DNA from: Ptychomitrium polyphyllum | Lineage: Eukaryota | Direction of reading: 5' to 3' | DNA: 64,000 nt | Assembly: GCA_973851085.1 (NCBI GenBank) | Contig: OZ316775.1 | Span: 13,020,001-13,084,000, forward strand | Part shown: positions 24,301 through 37,323 of the stretch, piece after piece | Numbering within the stretch: the first letter of the stretch is position 1 | How the letters are laid out: every line of letters begins with the position of its first letter | Notes under the pieces: generated by a model | Told to the model about the DNA's origin: nothing | Seen by the model: only the letters and a program-made list of their open reading frames with translations | Databases searched by the model: none | Translations under genes and position numbers: made by a program

Positions 24301-27300
24301 CAAACTCTGCCCTCAGATTGTACCGCCGTGGTTATTACTTGCTCGTTTTATTTGCGTGACTATATATCGAGATAGTAAGCCGTTTTTTGCCTATTGTGAA
24401 GTTGTTCAGTTATGCTTTAATATAATCGATGACACTTCTGTGTTATGATAGGCCATGTTGACCAGTTGAAGGCTATCATGAAAGTAGGTGTGCAGTTTGA
24501 CCAGCTTCTTATCCTAGGTATGAATCTGATCTCTAAGACTTGGTGATTAATCGAAATCAATTTATATAATTTCTGTCATGGTCTTTAGGTGTTTTCTTCA
24601 TGGTATGTCTTGATCTAAGAAATGGTTGTAATATATTCTATGCTGTTCATTTTAGTCTCCTTACTGCACCCAGCTTAGGTTGTCACTTGCTTATAATGAA
24701 TAGTGAAGAGTTACTCTCTTCTCTGTACATGCTTGACGTGAATATCAATGGAACTCTTGCTGAATCTGCTCCCTTTTGGCTCTTCAGAAGTCACAGATAA
24801 ACAGAAGTTGATTGTTTCAGCCAAGCATTCCCTGTTGCAGGCAGCTTCGTTTCTCCCATCAGACCTATTACAACTACAGCCTCAGTCAGTGATTCCAGTA
24901 TGACACCTCCCTCCTTCCTTGCTTTGCTAGATTTTAAGAAGTATATTCGTTTCTATAAATTTCCAAGGGAGCATTGTTGCTTTTGATTACTTGTAACTTT
25001 TTGTAGTGTTTTCCGTACTAGGTGCTTTCAAGGACACTTGTACTTGCTACGTATGTCTATGAGTTCCTAGTTTTTTGCCATTTCCTTCTGCGTATTCTTA
25101 CAGCAAATTGAGGCTTTTACCTTTTAGGGATGCAAAACATACTGAAATATGGAAGATGTACAATGCGCTTCTTGTGTGTTGCTGAAATAGCGATCTAAAA
25201 CCTCTTATTGTAAAGTCATATCAGGTAAGTGTAGGATTGCACTGTTTGGGCGCCAAAGTATTCTGCTGAATCTACACTTTTAACTTTTTGCAGGGTTTCA
25301 TAGCAAACATCACAGACAGAGGTTGCTTTGTCCGATTCTTAGGGCGTCTGACAGGTCTTGCAAGTATTCCTCAGGTACTAAATGCGTTGCACTTCAAACT
25401 TTGCCATCTGAAGTCAAAAAAATATGAGAATAAATATTAGAAATTTAATTAGTAGAACAGTTGACTATAATTGAACGATTATGTTCTCTTTATCCAGGTG
25501 TGTGTGTGTCTGTTGTCGAGTTAAATCTGGTTGTATGGTTTACAGGTGGCTGACGAGTTTGTAAGTGATCCTAGTAACCATTTCAAGATTGGACAATCTG
25601 TGCGAGCACAAGTACTTGAGGTGAGCAGAAATTTCTAACATTTTTGTCCCAATTGTTTCTAGTAAATATCTATTCAATTTGGGTCGTTCTCAAGTGGCAA
25701 GCTTTAGTTATTGTTTGTGGTCACTATTACTGGAGTTACGCCAAAGTGTTATGCGGCTAACTTCTGAATAGGTTTGTAGAGATAATTATCATCTACTGAT
25801 ATATGACTTTAAACGTTTTTGTTAATCCATTTTACCTGGAGAAGCACTGATCATATTAATGTGCCATGTCTTGGATAAGATTAGCATTTGTGATCACCTG
25901 TTGAAGTCAGACATTTGTGATCCATTGTTAAGAAACTCTTGTGTTCAGGTCCACTACGATGCTGGAAAGTTCAGTCTATGTTTGAAGCAGTCAGTTTGCT
26001 TCTCAACAGACGCCTCCCTCATCCATGGTTACTTTTTGGAAGAGGAGAAGGTAATCCAACTGGAATATCTTTTTTTTGTGTATGTTTTGAGCCCTTCGCT
26101 AAGGTGTGTTGCATGTCAGCTTCTGCAGTTCTAATAACCTTTACTAGATTCATACTTTGGTGCATCTATAAAGTGATAATTTCGTGGGTATGTAATTTAT
26201 TGGACGTTTGAATATAAGCTAATTCTGATGGAAGATTTGTTCTTATACCTTTTGATTTATTCAGATAATGGACTCAAGTGGAGCTTCCAATTTAGAATGG
26301 ACAGAGAGCTTGGCGATTGGAACATGTATTGCTGGAGAAGTACAGGAAGTCAAGGATTATGGTGTCATTGTCAAAATTCCGAGTCATAAAGATATTGTTG
26401 GCTTTGTCACACACTACCAAGGTATGGTTTTATTTAGTATAAAACCTGTGGTTTGCCTGAAGCTGAAGTATTATGATTTTAGCATCATTCCTTGCTAGAC
26501 ACTAGGTTTTCGTTATAACCTTATTTTCTCTTCTCGCATTTCCCCTTCAGGGTTTTGAGGTCTCAATAACTTGTTATTTGGTATGTCAATAGCGGGCGAT
26601 CCTGTAGAAGTGGGCAAACTGGTTCAAGCAAGAGTGCTCGACGTTGTAAAAGCAGACGGGATTGTGGATCTTACAATTCGGCCTGAGTTGCTCCAAGTCA
26701 CCAAACAAGAAACAGCCAAGAGCAAAAAGGAAAAGAACAAAAAGGTCTGGCCGTTACCTTGTTCTGAGTTGATTGCAGACTGACCCTACCATTTGCATGT
26801 AAAATGGGGGGTTTTTTTTTTTGTTTTTATTTGAGAGGTACACATATGATTAATGACATGTTACCTTGTGAGAGTGTTGGAAATCTGGAGTAATCATGTA
26901 GTTGAATGAGATGAGCAACTGGTTGTTGTTATATGTTATTCATTGGAGTGTACCTTCTTGTTGTATTTATCAACTTGAGGATGTCCAAATGATATATCTA
27001 TCAATCAAGAGAACTGTAATTTTCCACTTTGAGGACACATTCATTTGAAATGTGTTTGTGCACCTCTTATGACAAAGACAATCAAAATATTGGCTGAAGG
27101 TTAGCCACTTCCTATTCTTTCAGACAGTTGGGAGCAATTTATGGTCCCCATGGACCGCTACTTGCACTCGCTTGTTGATGAAATGAGGATGTAGTTGCCA
27201 ACGTATCAACACTTTGTGAACTGTGTACGTACTTATAATGACAGAACTATGCCACAATTTTTTTAAACTTACTGCCTGAGAATTCTCAAATGTGAAGATT

Positions 27301-30300
27301 CCCTTTTATCTATAAGTTGATGAATAGAGGGAAAACACTCATTACCAGGTAAGTGAACCTTAAAAATATCAGTTTGATGAGTTTGTTAATGCTGCTGTTT
27401 TGTTTTCAATATGGGCGTTATGGAATGGAAATCGTTTCTAGGTTCCGAATATTGTTGTTGCTTTAGAAAAGAGATTCGTATGAGCCTGAAATGGACATTT
27501 ACTGCAGCACGTGCAGTTTGTAACTACACTGAATGCCTAATACTCTAACTTTGTGACTACCTGATAGAGCTGATAGTTTGGAACATGTACACCTCCTTAT
27601 ATTGCCTAATACGTTTTTTCCCCTTGTATGATAATTGCTGTTTTGCATATGCTTGCCATATATCCTGTCTTACCTTTGTTTGTTGGTTCTACTGAATGGA
27701 CAGAGGCCGAATCCAGCTATGACTTTAGAGCTTCACCAGAATGTGGCGGCTGTGGTTGAACTCGTGAAAGACACATATCTGGTAAATAGTTTACAATACA
27801 TGGTTATCATTTTTTAAATATTTTACCAAAATCGATCAAAATTCTCTTTTCTTGACAAAGAATTTTGCTGGTTTTACTTTTTCTACTGATTCCTTATGTT
27901 ATTTATCTACTGCGTTCAGGTTTTGTCCCTTCCCGAGCAAGGCAATGCGATAGGATTTGCAGCCGCTGGTGATTATAATTCTCAACAACAGGATTCTCAT
28001 CAGCGCTACAAACCAGGGCAGAGGTGAGCTATGCTCTAAACAAGGAACAACTTTAGAGTATCGAATTAACAATTGTGGATCTCACCTCCTGTCATAAACA
28101 GATAAATGACTTCTAAATCTTTGGGCTCTAAGTTCATGGGATATTGTGATTTTCTATGATCCTTAGTGTGATGCTTTTATCATTCAACATGTGGATGACT
28201 TTTTGTAGGCTATAGTTTCTACAAGCTGAAACCTTGTACCTTCGCAAATATCCCAGCTACCATATAAGACCGAGCATGTTGTCCACTTCATCTGTTTTAA
28301 CATATTGCAACAGCGATGACTTACTGAGCACCCTTTCGCTTCCAGCCAGACTTACGGATTTTATGAATAATTACTACTGTAGTATTGGAAGATTATTACT
28401 ACTAGTAGACTATATGATGTTTTTTGTGCCTCAGTTATTTATTGCTGTTCCGTAATTGTCTAAACAGGGTGGTAGCAACAGTGGAAAATTTTGGGGATAA
28501 AGCTAGTGGACACAGGCTCTTACTCTTATTGAGCAAAGCGGATGATAGTACGCAAATTACACCTCGGAATACAAAGAAATCTCGTAAGGAATTCAAAAAA
28601 GAGATTGGAACTGTTGTTGATGCAGAGGTACGTTCTCAATTACGAACCATGATTCTGAAACTTAGATTAGCGTAATCTTTATGTTTCCTGATGCAACTGT
28701 CAGCTTCTTTTCGACTTAAATTTCCTGACTGACGACAAGTGAGGATAAGCTGTTTGGTTTGATCTGTCGTGGACCAGGTGGTAGCTATTGAAAAGCTACA
28801 ATTATTAGTTCGAGTAGGCACCACCGTTGAGGGTCGTGTTCATATTACTGAGGTAAACCTATTCATCTGAATTTTTCGAAAATTTTCATTGTTTTAGCGC
28901 CTTTATGGCTATCTGCAACTAAATTTACTATTAACCAGTCTACAATGATCTGATTATATTCTTCCGTAGTTACGTTTGTTTTTAGAAATTGTTCATTCGA
29001 CTTAGTATTACATGGTTTCAAGCCAATGAATCATGAGCATTGTCGTTATGAATCTGTGGTTACTTACTGGATAGCATTACTGGTACTAAGCAGTATCTGA
29101 TTTTCATTTCATAAGTATATCAAGTAGTTCTATATCATGCTTGAGGTACCTGAGGGTATTCATGAGCCACAACAATTGTCACATTCGTTTCATTCGTTTG
29201 ATTTCAGCATCATTTTGAAAGTTCACTAACGTAGCCTTTCTTTTACTGCTGTGCATCAGATCATGGATCAATTTGAAGAAGGGAACCCACTTAGGTCTTT
29301 CAAAGTAGGCCAAAAGGTGAAGGGCAAAGTGCTACTGAAAGTACGTATGGCGAAGTCTCCTGGCAGCTCAGAGCATATTCATGTTTTGGAGTTGTCATTG
29401 CGGCCGTCTCAACTTTCAGGTTCTATTTCTTTCTTTTTCGATTGTCTGTAACTGGGTAGTTTTTGGACATCCTCGTTTTATCTGTACAGATACTCTAAGT
29501 TAACAGTATGAGAGTTTCTGGAAACTCTTGTAACCGGTCCTTCAGTAGCTTGGGGATCTTCTTGATTCTTACAGTACGAAATGTCAAATCAGTACTTTGT
29601 CTTTGTGTTTATGCGTATTTAGTATGTTCGAATGAAACCTGAAATTTTCTAGCTGCAGTTTATTGTGCTTCTGATATATTACAAGGATTCTAGTAGGTGT
29701 ATTTATTTATTAGGCAAATAGTCAAAGTTCATGTTGTCAAATGCAGATACTTTGGAAGCAGAGGTGGGAAGTGTACGTCCTGGGGCTTTGCCTTCAATTA
29801 AGGAAATAAATAGTGGTCAAATCGTAAAAGCTTATGTGCAAGAGGTGAAAAATGATTGGGCTTGGCTGTTGGTTGCACCGCATCTTCGAGGTCGCCTGTT
29901 CCTCCTAGACTCCTCATCCGATCCTTCAGAGTTGAGAAATTTCACTGAAAGGTTTTCTATTGGTACTGCCGTAAGCTGCTGTGTTAAAGCCATAGACCAG
30001 GAGAAACAAACTTTGGATTTTACTTTGAGGGACGCTTTTCAACAGCCGGAAAAGTCAGAATTTCACGATCCGCCTATGGAAGGCGAGGGCTCATTAGTTG
30101 AGAAGGATCAGAGGCAAGATGTTGGGTTCCAGGAGGGTGATATCTTGGGTGGTCGAGTTGCACGAGTAAACCCTGGTATAGGAGGATTAAGTGTACAGAT
30201 TGCACCAACTGTATTTGGAAGAGTTCATGTGACTCATCTTAGTGATTCATGGGTGGATGATCCTGTAGCTGGATTCAAGGAAGGTCAGTTTGTGCGTTGT

Positions 30301-33300
30301 GTTGTTTTGAAAGTCGGCAAAAGCTCTAACGGCAAGATTCACGTAGACCTCACATTGCGGAAATCTATATGTGGATTAGCCGCGGCAAATACTCATGATG
30401 ATGACACAGATACTTCAGGGTATGCTTGTTTAACCGCTTGGTGTTCATTGATTAATGATTCCTTAGTCCTGAGTTCATAATATCTGTATCTATGTCTCTC
30501 GACTCTTTTTTGCAACTTGTGAATTACATTACTTGAAAGTAATTAATTTAATAGATGTTGAATTTTAGCAAATGCTAAGTGATGATGAATTTCTATCACA
30601 TAACTGGGCAAGTAACAAGTTTTAGCTTGATGCTCAACAACCTGGTTTGGTGTGGCCAATATATCTGTAGTCACAAAAGTCTTGATTTTGTGTATGCTCT
30701 TTTCTGTACAGATTTTCCAAAGCTATAAAGATTGACAATTTAAATGATCTGGAAAAAGATCTCAAAGTTCAGGTACGACTTATTTGAGTACCACAATTCT
30801 TCTTATGCAGGTCATACATCTAATGACTACGTTTGTGAAAGCCTAAAAATTTACATTCATGACGTAATCTGAATGCATTTGTGTGTAATTTTTGACTTTT
30901 TTATGCAGAAGTTATCCTCGTTTGGGAATTATCTTGGTATTTTGAAAAGAGAATTGAGAAATTCTCTTTGGCGATGTATTTTTCAAAGGCGTCTAGATTT
31001 TGCTTAGAATTGATTCATTAAGCTCTGCACCTTTTGAACGTGTACTCAAAATAGCTAAAGGCTTGCGATGCGCTTTCATACATTGTTCATACCTGCGTCG
31101 TTGTGAATCATAAGAAGCTCACTTCTTTATTACTATCTGGTATGCAGGGGTTCGTTAAGAGTGCTACTAGTAAAGGATGTTTTGTCACTTTGGCACCTAA
31201 TGTGGATGCAAGAATTCTTATTTCAAATCTATCAAACACTTTTGTTAAAGAACCTGCTCAAAGCTTCCCTCCTGGCAAGCTGGTTACAGGGAGGTATGAA
31301 TCGTATTTGAGTTCTTTGTATCTGAAATTGTTCGGGAATTGTCGTGCTCCACAATATTAGCAATTCTACTTCACCGAGTGTTTTGTCTTTACAGTTTGCA
31401 CATTATGTGAATATCACTCCAACTGATTTAGCCTCTGTATTTTTTTCTTTGAAAAGCAGGATTCTAAGTGTCGATCTCCTTTCGGGCAGAGTGGAGATGA
31501 GTCTTAAGGGTCCCAATGAAAAGAAAAAACCTACTAGCAATCTTTTGGGTCGTCGTTTTGGAGATTTTAAGGAAGGTGAAGTTGTCTTTGGTGTCATAAA
31601 GCGAATTGAAAAGTTTGGAATGTTTGTGACTGTTGAGCAGAGCAGTGTGGTAAGTTCATTTGCCCTCTATTAGATCTCTTCTATTTCATCTGGATCACTT
31701 GCAAATGATCATATTTACAAAGGCAAGAGTGTTTTGTATTTCTCTGCTTTGTTTTGTTATTGTAGCTGTATTGAGCTTTGCTCTGCAAGTTTTGGCACTT
31801 ACTACATCTGAAAGAAACATCTGGTGTAAACTTTCAATTTGGTTGTTGAAAGCACCTAGAATGACATATAGTGAGTGCATAGATAAACAATGTTGAGGGA
31901 ATAAAAGCACGTCTAGCGTTGCAGGTTTATTCATTGTTTTGAATCAATGAATGATTCCTGTTGCCTTGTTGTGTTTGAAAATTGTCTGACTAATAATGTT
32001 TGCATACAACAGGTGGCTATGTGTCATGTTTCCGAGATTGCTGATCATTATGTGAAAGATATTGACAAACATTACAAAGTTGGTGATCGAGTGCGTGCTC
32101 GTATCATGAAGGTGTGCGCAAATTTTCTAATATACTGCCATCCCCTAACCAAAATGTCCCTTTTAAACAATACTTCATCTTCTCCTTAAGCACTGTATAT
32201 GAGGACCAAAAAGGGACTGTTTCTGTTTGAATTTTTGTTCATGTAAAGCATTTCAGGAATTGACACCAGTGTGGATCTATGTGTCCATCTTTTGTTTCTT
32301 ATATTCTAATAATCTACTCTTGTTTCCAGGTGGACACTTCGAATGAGAGGATTTCTCTTGGTCTAAAGGAGTCTTACTTTCCAAAAGCAGAGAAGCATGT
32401 AGAACCTGTGTCTGAGGAGGTTGGTATGGAGGTCATAGACGAGCAAGTGCAAAATGTGGGACTTGATGATGATGCTAAAGAATTTCAGGAAGATGCTGAG
32501 GATGAGGAAAATTTGGTGGAGTTACAAGGAGCACTAAGCGTTGATGGTAAATGAATGAACTAGTGCCGTTATGGATTTATTTACATATTGACAGCTGACA
32601 GTTGTGACTTGTTATGTGTTTTAGTCACCTTTTCTCACATGGATGGTTTGTTGACGCAGAGGAGAGTGAAGATGAGTCTGGAGAGGAGAATGGAGTTGAT
32701 TTGGATGATTTAGATGAGGACGACGAGGAAGAAAATGAATCTGAAGATGATATTCCTGAGACAGGTGCTGCCACTCTGGTAGCGCCACCTTTGGAAGTTG
32801 AGTTAGAGGAGTCTCATCCCGGCAACGATTCTGAGGAAGAGGAAGAGGATGAGGAATCTGAAGACGCTAAGAAACTTACCAAACGGGCCAAGAAGCGGCT
32901 GAAAGAGCAGCGGTAAGTGTCCTGGAGTTAATCGTGCAAAACTAAAAAATTTAATTGTTCAATTGAGGCCGAGGTGTTGCCGTTTACTATAATATTACTT
33001 TTATCTAGAGACTCACAGCACGTAATCTGTAAAGAGGAGAAAGCTAGTGATTATGGGTTTTTTCTGATTGTCATTTCTTAATTGTCACTTGCAGCGAGGC
33101 GGAAATCACCGCTGCAGAAGAAAAGCGGTTACAGGGTGACCAGGCTCCCGAGACTGTGGATGAGTTTGAGGCACTTGCACGTACATCGCCAAACAGTAGT
33201 CTTGTGTGGATCAAGTATATGGCGTTTTTAGTACAGCTTGCTGACGTCGATAAAGCACGAGCTATTGCTGAAAGGTTCGAATCCTACTTATGCTTGATGA

Positions 33301-34902
33301 ACTTGGAAGTGAAAGAAGCTTAAGTGAATGTATAGTACATCAATGAATTATACTGACAGGTTATTGGACTATGTTGTCTTTGTTGTAGGGCTTTGCAAAC
33401 GATTAACTACAGGGAGGAAGGAGAGAAGCTGAATGTGTGGATAGCTTATCTGAACCTCGAGAATGTCTATGGCAACCCCTCTAAGGTTTGATCAATATCT
33501 GGAAAATTTCATTAATTGCCTGGCGCTAAAGTAAAATTCTTGTATTATCCCATTTTGGCTGTTGTTGTTGGCTCTGAACTTAATTCAATTAATTTCCTGG
33601 AGCAAGAAACTGTTCTTACAAATGGAATTGTCCATAAGCAGGAGGCAGTCTTGACTCTTTTTAATAGAGCCTTACAATACAATGACCCAAAGGAGCTATA
33701 CTTTGCGCTGTTGGGTATTTATGAAAATCCGCGACAACCCCAGGGTCCCCAGCACGACATGGTTGATCAGTTGCTGAAGACAATGACTCGCAAGTTCAAC
33801 ACATCTGCTAAGGTACAATTTGGATTCAATATTCTGTCCACTGAGTATGTACATTTCTAAGCTGTACAATTCTTGATAAGTTTGTGAGCGTGTCTGCAGC
33901 TTCTAGCTTAATTAATCTTCTGGTTCACAATAGACATTACTAAGGTCATGCATAGACTTATTAAACATAGCAATATTCCTGTTATACTGTTGTTCAAAGT
34001 ATTCATGTGCTGGAGAAAATGCTTAATATAGTTTTCTTCACCTTTGCTTTCAGGTCTGGCTAAAACAGATCCAGAACCTACTGGCAAGGGATATGGGTGA
34101 TGCAGCTCACAAGGCTTTGGACCAGTCACTTCTGAGTCTGCCACGGCGTAAACACATAAAAGTCATCAGTCGCGCTGCACTGCTTGAATTTAAAATTGGC
34201 TCAGTGGAACGCGCGAGGTCTATTTTTGAGGGAATCCTTCGGAATTATCCTAAAAGGGTTGATCTCTGGAGTGTCTATCTTGATCAGGTATTTTGTTCGC
34301 AGACTCTTATCTTCGGGACTGGCTGCCTGATAATAACTGAAGATATGGGCCACTTTCTTATCTGACGAGTAAAGTATTCCTAGCAGTTTTTGTGGTGGAC
34401 TTGCATTTGTCACCAGATCTTATTTCGTTCTTAAACACTTGTGATCTGCTTCTTCTGTTGAGAGTTTCATCTCCTTTTTGAATATTGGATATCCTGGTCT
34501 CAAAGACCGTTAGGTTGAAAAACAGCTCCTGGTGGATTTTCTTTCAGGAAATTCGAGTGGGTGAAGTTCCTGTGATTCGAGCCCTTTTTGAGAGAGTGAT
34601 CTGCTTAGAGCTTCCACCCCGAAAGATGAAGGTATCGTTTCGAATCTCAAATAATTTCGAGAGCCTTTACAGGTCGTCTTGACCACGTATCAAGAATCTT
34701 GGACCTCTTAACAGATACAGTTTTTATCATGGTTTGAACCATTGCATGTCTTGTGCAAAGTGTCGGTGATGCTGATGTTTGATACCTTCTGCAGTTCCTC
34801 TTCAAGAAGTATCTGGATTACGAAAAGGCCCATGGGGATGAAGAACGAATTGAGCATGTCAAAAGGAAGGCCATGGAGTACGTCGATAATAAGCTTGGTT
34901 GA
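18367..34902 (+). CDS. RRP5: rRNA biogenesis protein RRP5/PDCD11 (multiple S1 domains + acidic linker + HAT/TPR C-terminus), >30 exons
   Basis: Starts MAGKRK...EEEDFPRG|G. Many S1-domain exons follow ([53 protein letters not shown]). The HAT region reads [52 protein letters not shown]. The last exon 34795-34902 encodes [30 protein letters not shown]. Junctions checked are GT-AG. Confidence 0.96.
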
Positions 34903-36674
34903 GAACCTCTTGACTCGTAATTTAATTTAACTAGGTTTACTCACCGCTTTTAAAATCTTGAGATGTCTAAAATGTCTCGCATGTCTGGCAAGCAAGCACC
35001 TCAGGGAATTCAACACGAGTCATATTTGTGTGAACATCACACATTATGAGTAACCTAGTAGTTTTATACTATGATTCGCTGACGTGATGCAAGGTTAGGT
35101 TCTTACATTCGCATCAGATGTAATACATTGGCATCTGATGTACTTTCTTAGGGGTTGTATAGAAATGTCAATTTGTTTTTAGAATGAGGATGATAAGATG
35201 ATATTAAAGGTCGTTTGCCTCCACTTGAGATCCAAGTGACAGTCCTATGTCGGATCTGAAATTGCTTATGTAATCAAGTTTTAACACGATGACTTGATGA
35301 TGAATGAAATTGAATGAATATTTTATAGATCTATTCTATGACAGTCTTTATAAGTTTGAATGATTGTGTTAATGTACTCTTTAGTATTGACGATCTGTGC
35401 TCAAGTTTCTTGTTGCCACCTTTAGCTGCTCATTGTATTTCGTTCCTCTTAATGATTCAATTCTCTCAGGTTTTCCTGGCCCTGTTTCCTAGTCTGGTTT
35501 TGTATTGGTTTCTCCCTGTAATGAAATTTGTTTTCATTTGTTAAAAAGTAAAATAATCAAATTTAACGGACTCATAATGAAGTAATACTAAGCATGATAC
35601 CATGTTTCCGTGGAGAATCAAAATTGGTGTACTGTTTGATACACTAAAATTAACTGTCAAAGTTGGAAAACAATACCCTGTGTTCCATGGTTGTATGTTT
35701 TCTAATGGAAAGAAATTTTGAGACTTCATGAGACACGAAGCGCATAGGACTGCAAGGTGGTGCATGGTGGTGAGCGTAGGCGAGGGGTAGCGTCCGGCAT
35801 ATACAGAGGTGGTCCCAAACCCTTGATCTGGCGTCCTTGGGAGAGCCTCTCGTCGGCAATTGAAGATATAAGACTGCATCTTCATTATTATTTTTTCACT
35901 GCCAGTGGGTTTGATCCCGTCTGTCAACCTACTTTCCACGTTCGGAATTTCTTACAAGGTGAATTCCAAACTTCACAATAAACTCTTTTATCTACATATT
36001 GCAACATTAATTTATCAAAAGATCAAAGGTTATAATATGCAAGATATTTAAATTAGGTTTGTCACAATGTATGAGAAAATATGTTCATTTTTTACACAAT
36101 AGAAAAAAGTATGTTCATTATTCTACTTCCCATGCTTCTACCAATGTTTGGCTAAATTGACATGTTTAATGAAACTTTAAGAGATTTAGTGAGTAGTGGT
36201 ATTTGTAGTATTATTTTCTTTTGAGTTGTGTTCGCAATATTGTATCTTATTATAAATTATAAATTGTGGACTTTTGTAAAGAAATTTTATTAGGTTGGTT
36301 TCTACATTATACTAAAAGTTGTATTTAGTGCCATATAGTATTTATTATCATAGTAAATCACTTTATGGAAGACATTAATTTTGAAAATAATTAAATTATT
36401 ATGTAAAATCCCTTGTTGTTCCAATGAAAAGTTTGTTGACGTAGTAACACTCTTTTCATAGTATCACGGTAAGATACTAAGATTTGGTGATATTATATAC
36501 AGTTTTTATTTTAGTATTATACGTCTATTACAATACATTAATGTAAGAAAAAATCCACTTTCTCCATTTTGATTCTTTTAAAATGTGGAATAATTATAAA
36601 AATCTTTTGAAATAGCAACTTTTAATATAGCCACATGGCCATTGTAATATCTATTCTAGGAACAACGGATAATA

Positions 36675-36955
36675 CAGGAAAATGAGTGAGAACAAGGGGA
36701 ACAATGACTTCTAGTCGTACGCTTTGTATACTTAGAACTTGGCGGTATTGCTACAGCTACATTATTATATGAATTAACATAGATAGTAAAAGCCAAATTG
36801 TAGAAGAAAACAATGGAGAACAACAAAGGACAAGTGAAAATGAGAAGAACAATGAGTTCTTAATGTACACTTTGTACACTTAGAATTGGGCAATATTGTT
36901 GCAGCTACAGAAGTATATAGATCAATGTAGATGTTGAGAGCCAAATTGTAAAAGA
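36675..36955. repeat. Degenerate ~150-bp direct duplication abutting the gypsy element
   Basis: gaacaatga..ctttgta.acttagaa..cagctaca..agccaaattgta occurs twice (about 36680-36810 and 36835-36955). Confidence 0.7.
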
Positions 36956-37323
36956 ATAATTATCAACATCAACTGTAATATAATTCCAATTCCATTATAA
37001 TACAAAATACTCTCACTTTTTATATATTGTGGTCAAGTTTCTACACTCTACATCTATAACTTCATAATTCTACAGAAATTCCATAATACTATATAAACTT
37101 TGTAACACTACACAAATTCTACAACACTTTCTTCATCACATAACACAAGGTTGGCAAATGATTTTCAAGTGTCTCTACATTTGGCTACAACCTCCTTATA
37201 TATTAAAACCTATAAAGACTTTTCTAACATTATTCCCATTATTTTATCATACTTCTAATAAAAAGTCAATCAAACTTATCTTAAGATTTGTCACTAAGTA
37301 GACTTGGCTTTGTTGCCTACCAT
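36932..37323 (-). repeat. 3' LTR of the gypsy element, truncated on its internal side
   Basis: Near-identical to ~42015-42398 (catcacataacacaaggtt, aagtgtctctacatttggctacaacctccttata). Similarity stops at gcctaccat, where integrase sequence joins directly. Confidence 0.85.

Noticed and set aside
33292..33358. Possible intronic C/D snoRNA in RRP5 (TTGATGA...CTGA)
   Set aside because: Box C is non-canonical, there is no convincing terminal stem, and no rRNA guide was recognised.
35111..35141. catcagatg/catctgatg inverted repeat downstream of RRP5
   Set aside because: The short stem is plausible by chance and too small for a miRNA precursor.
35650..35981. GC-rich patch with short ORFs after RRP5
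   Set aside because: No recognisable protein or RNA family.
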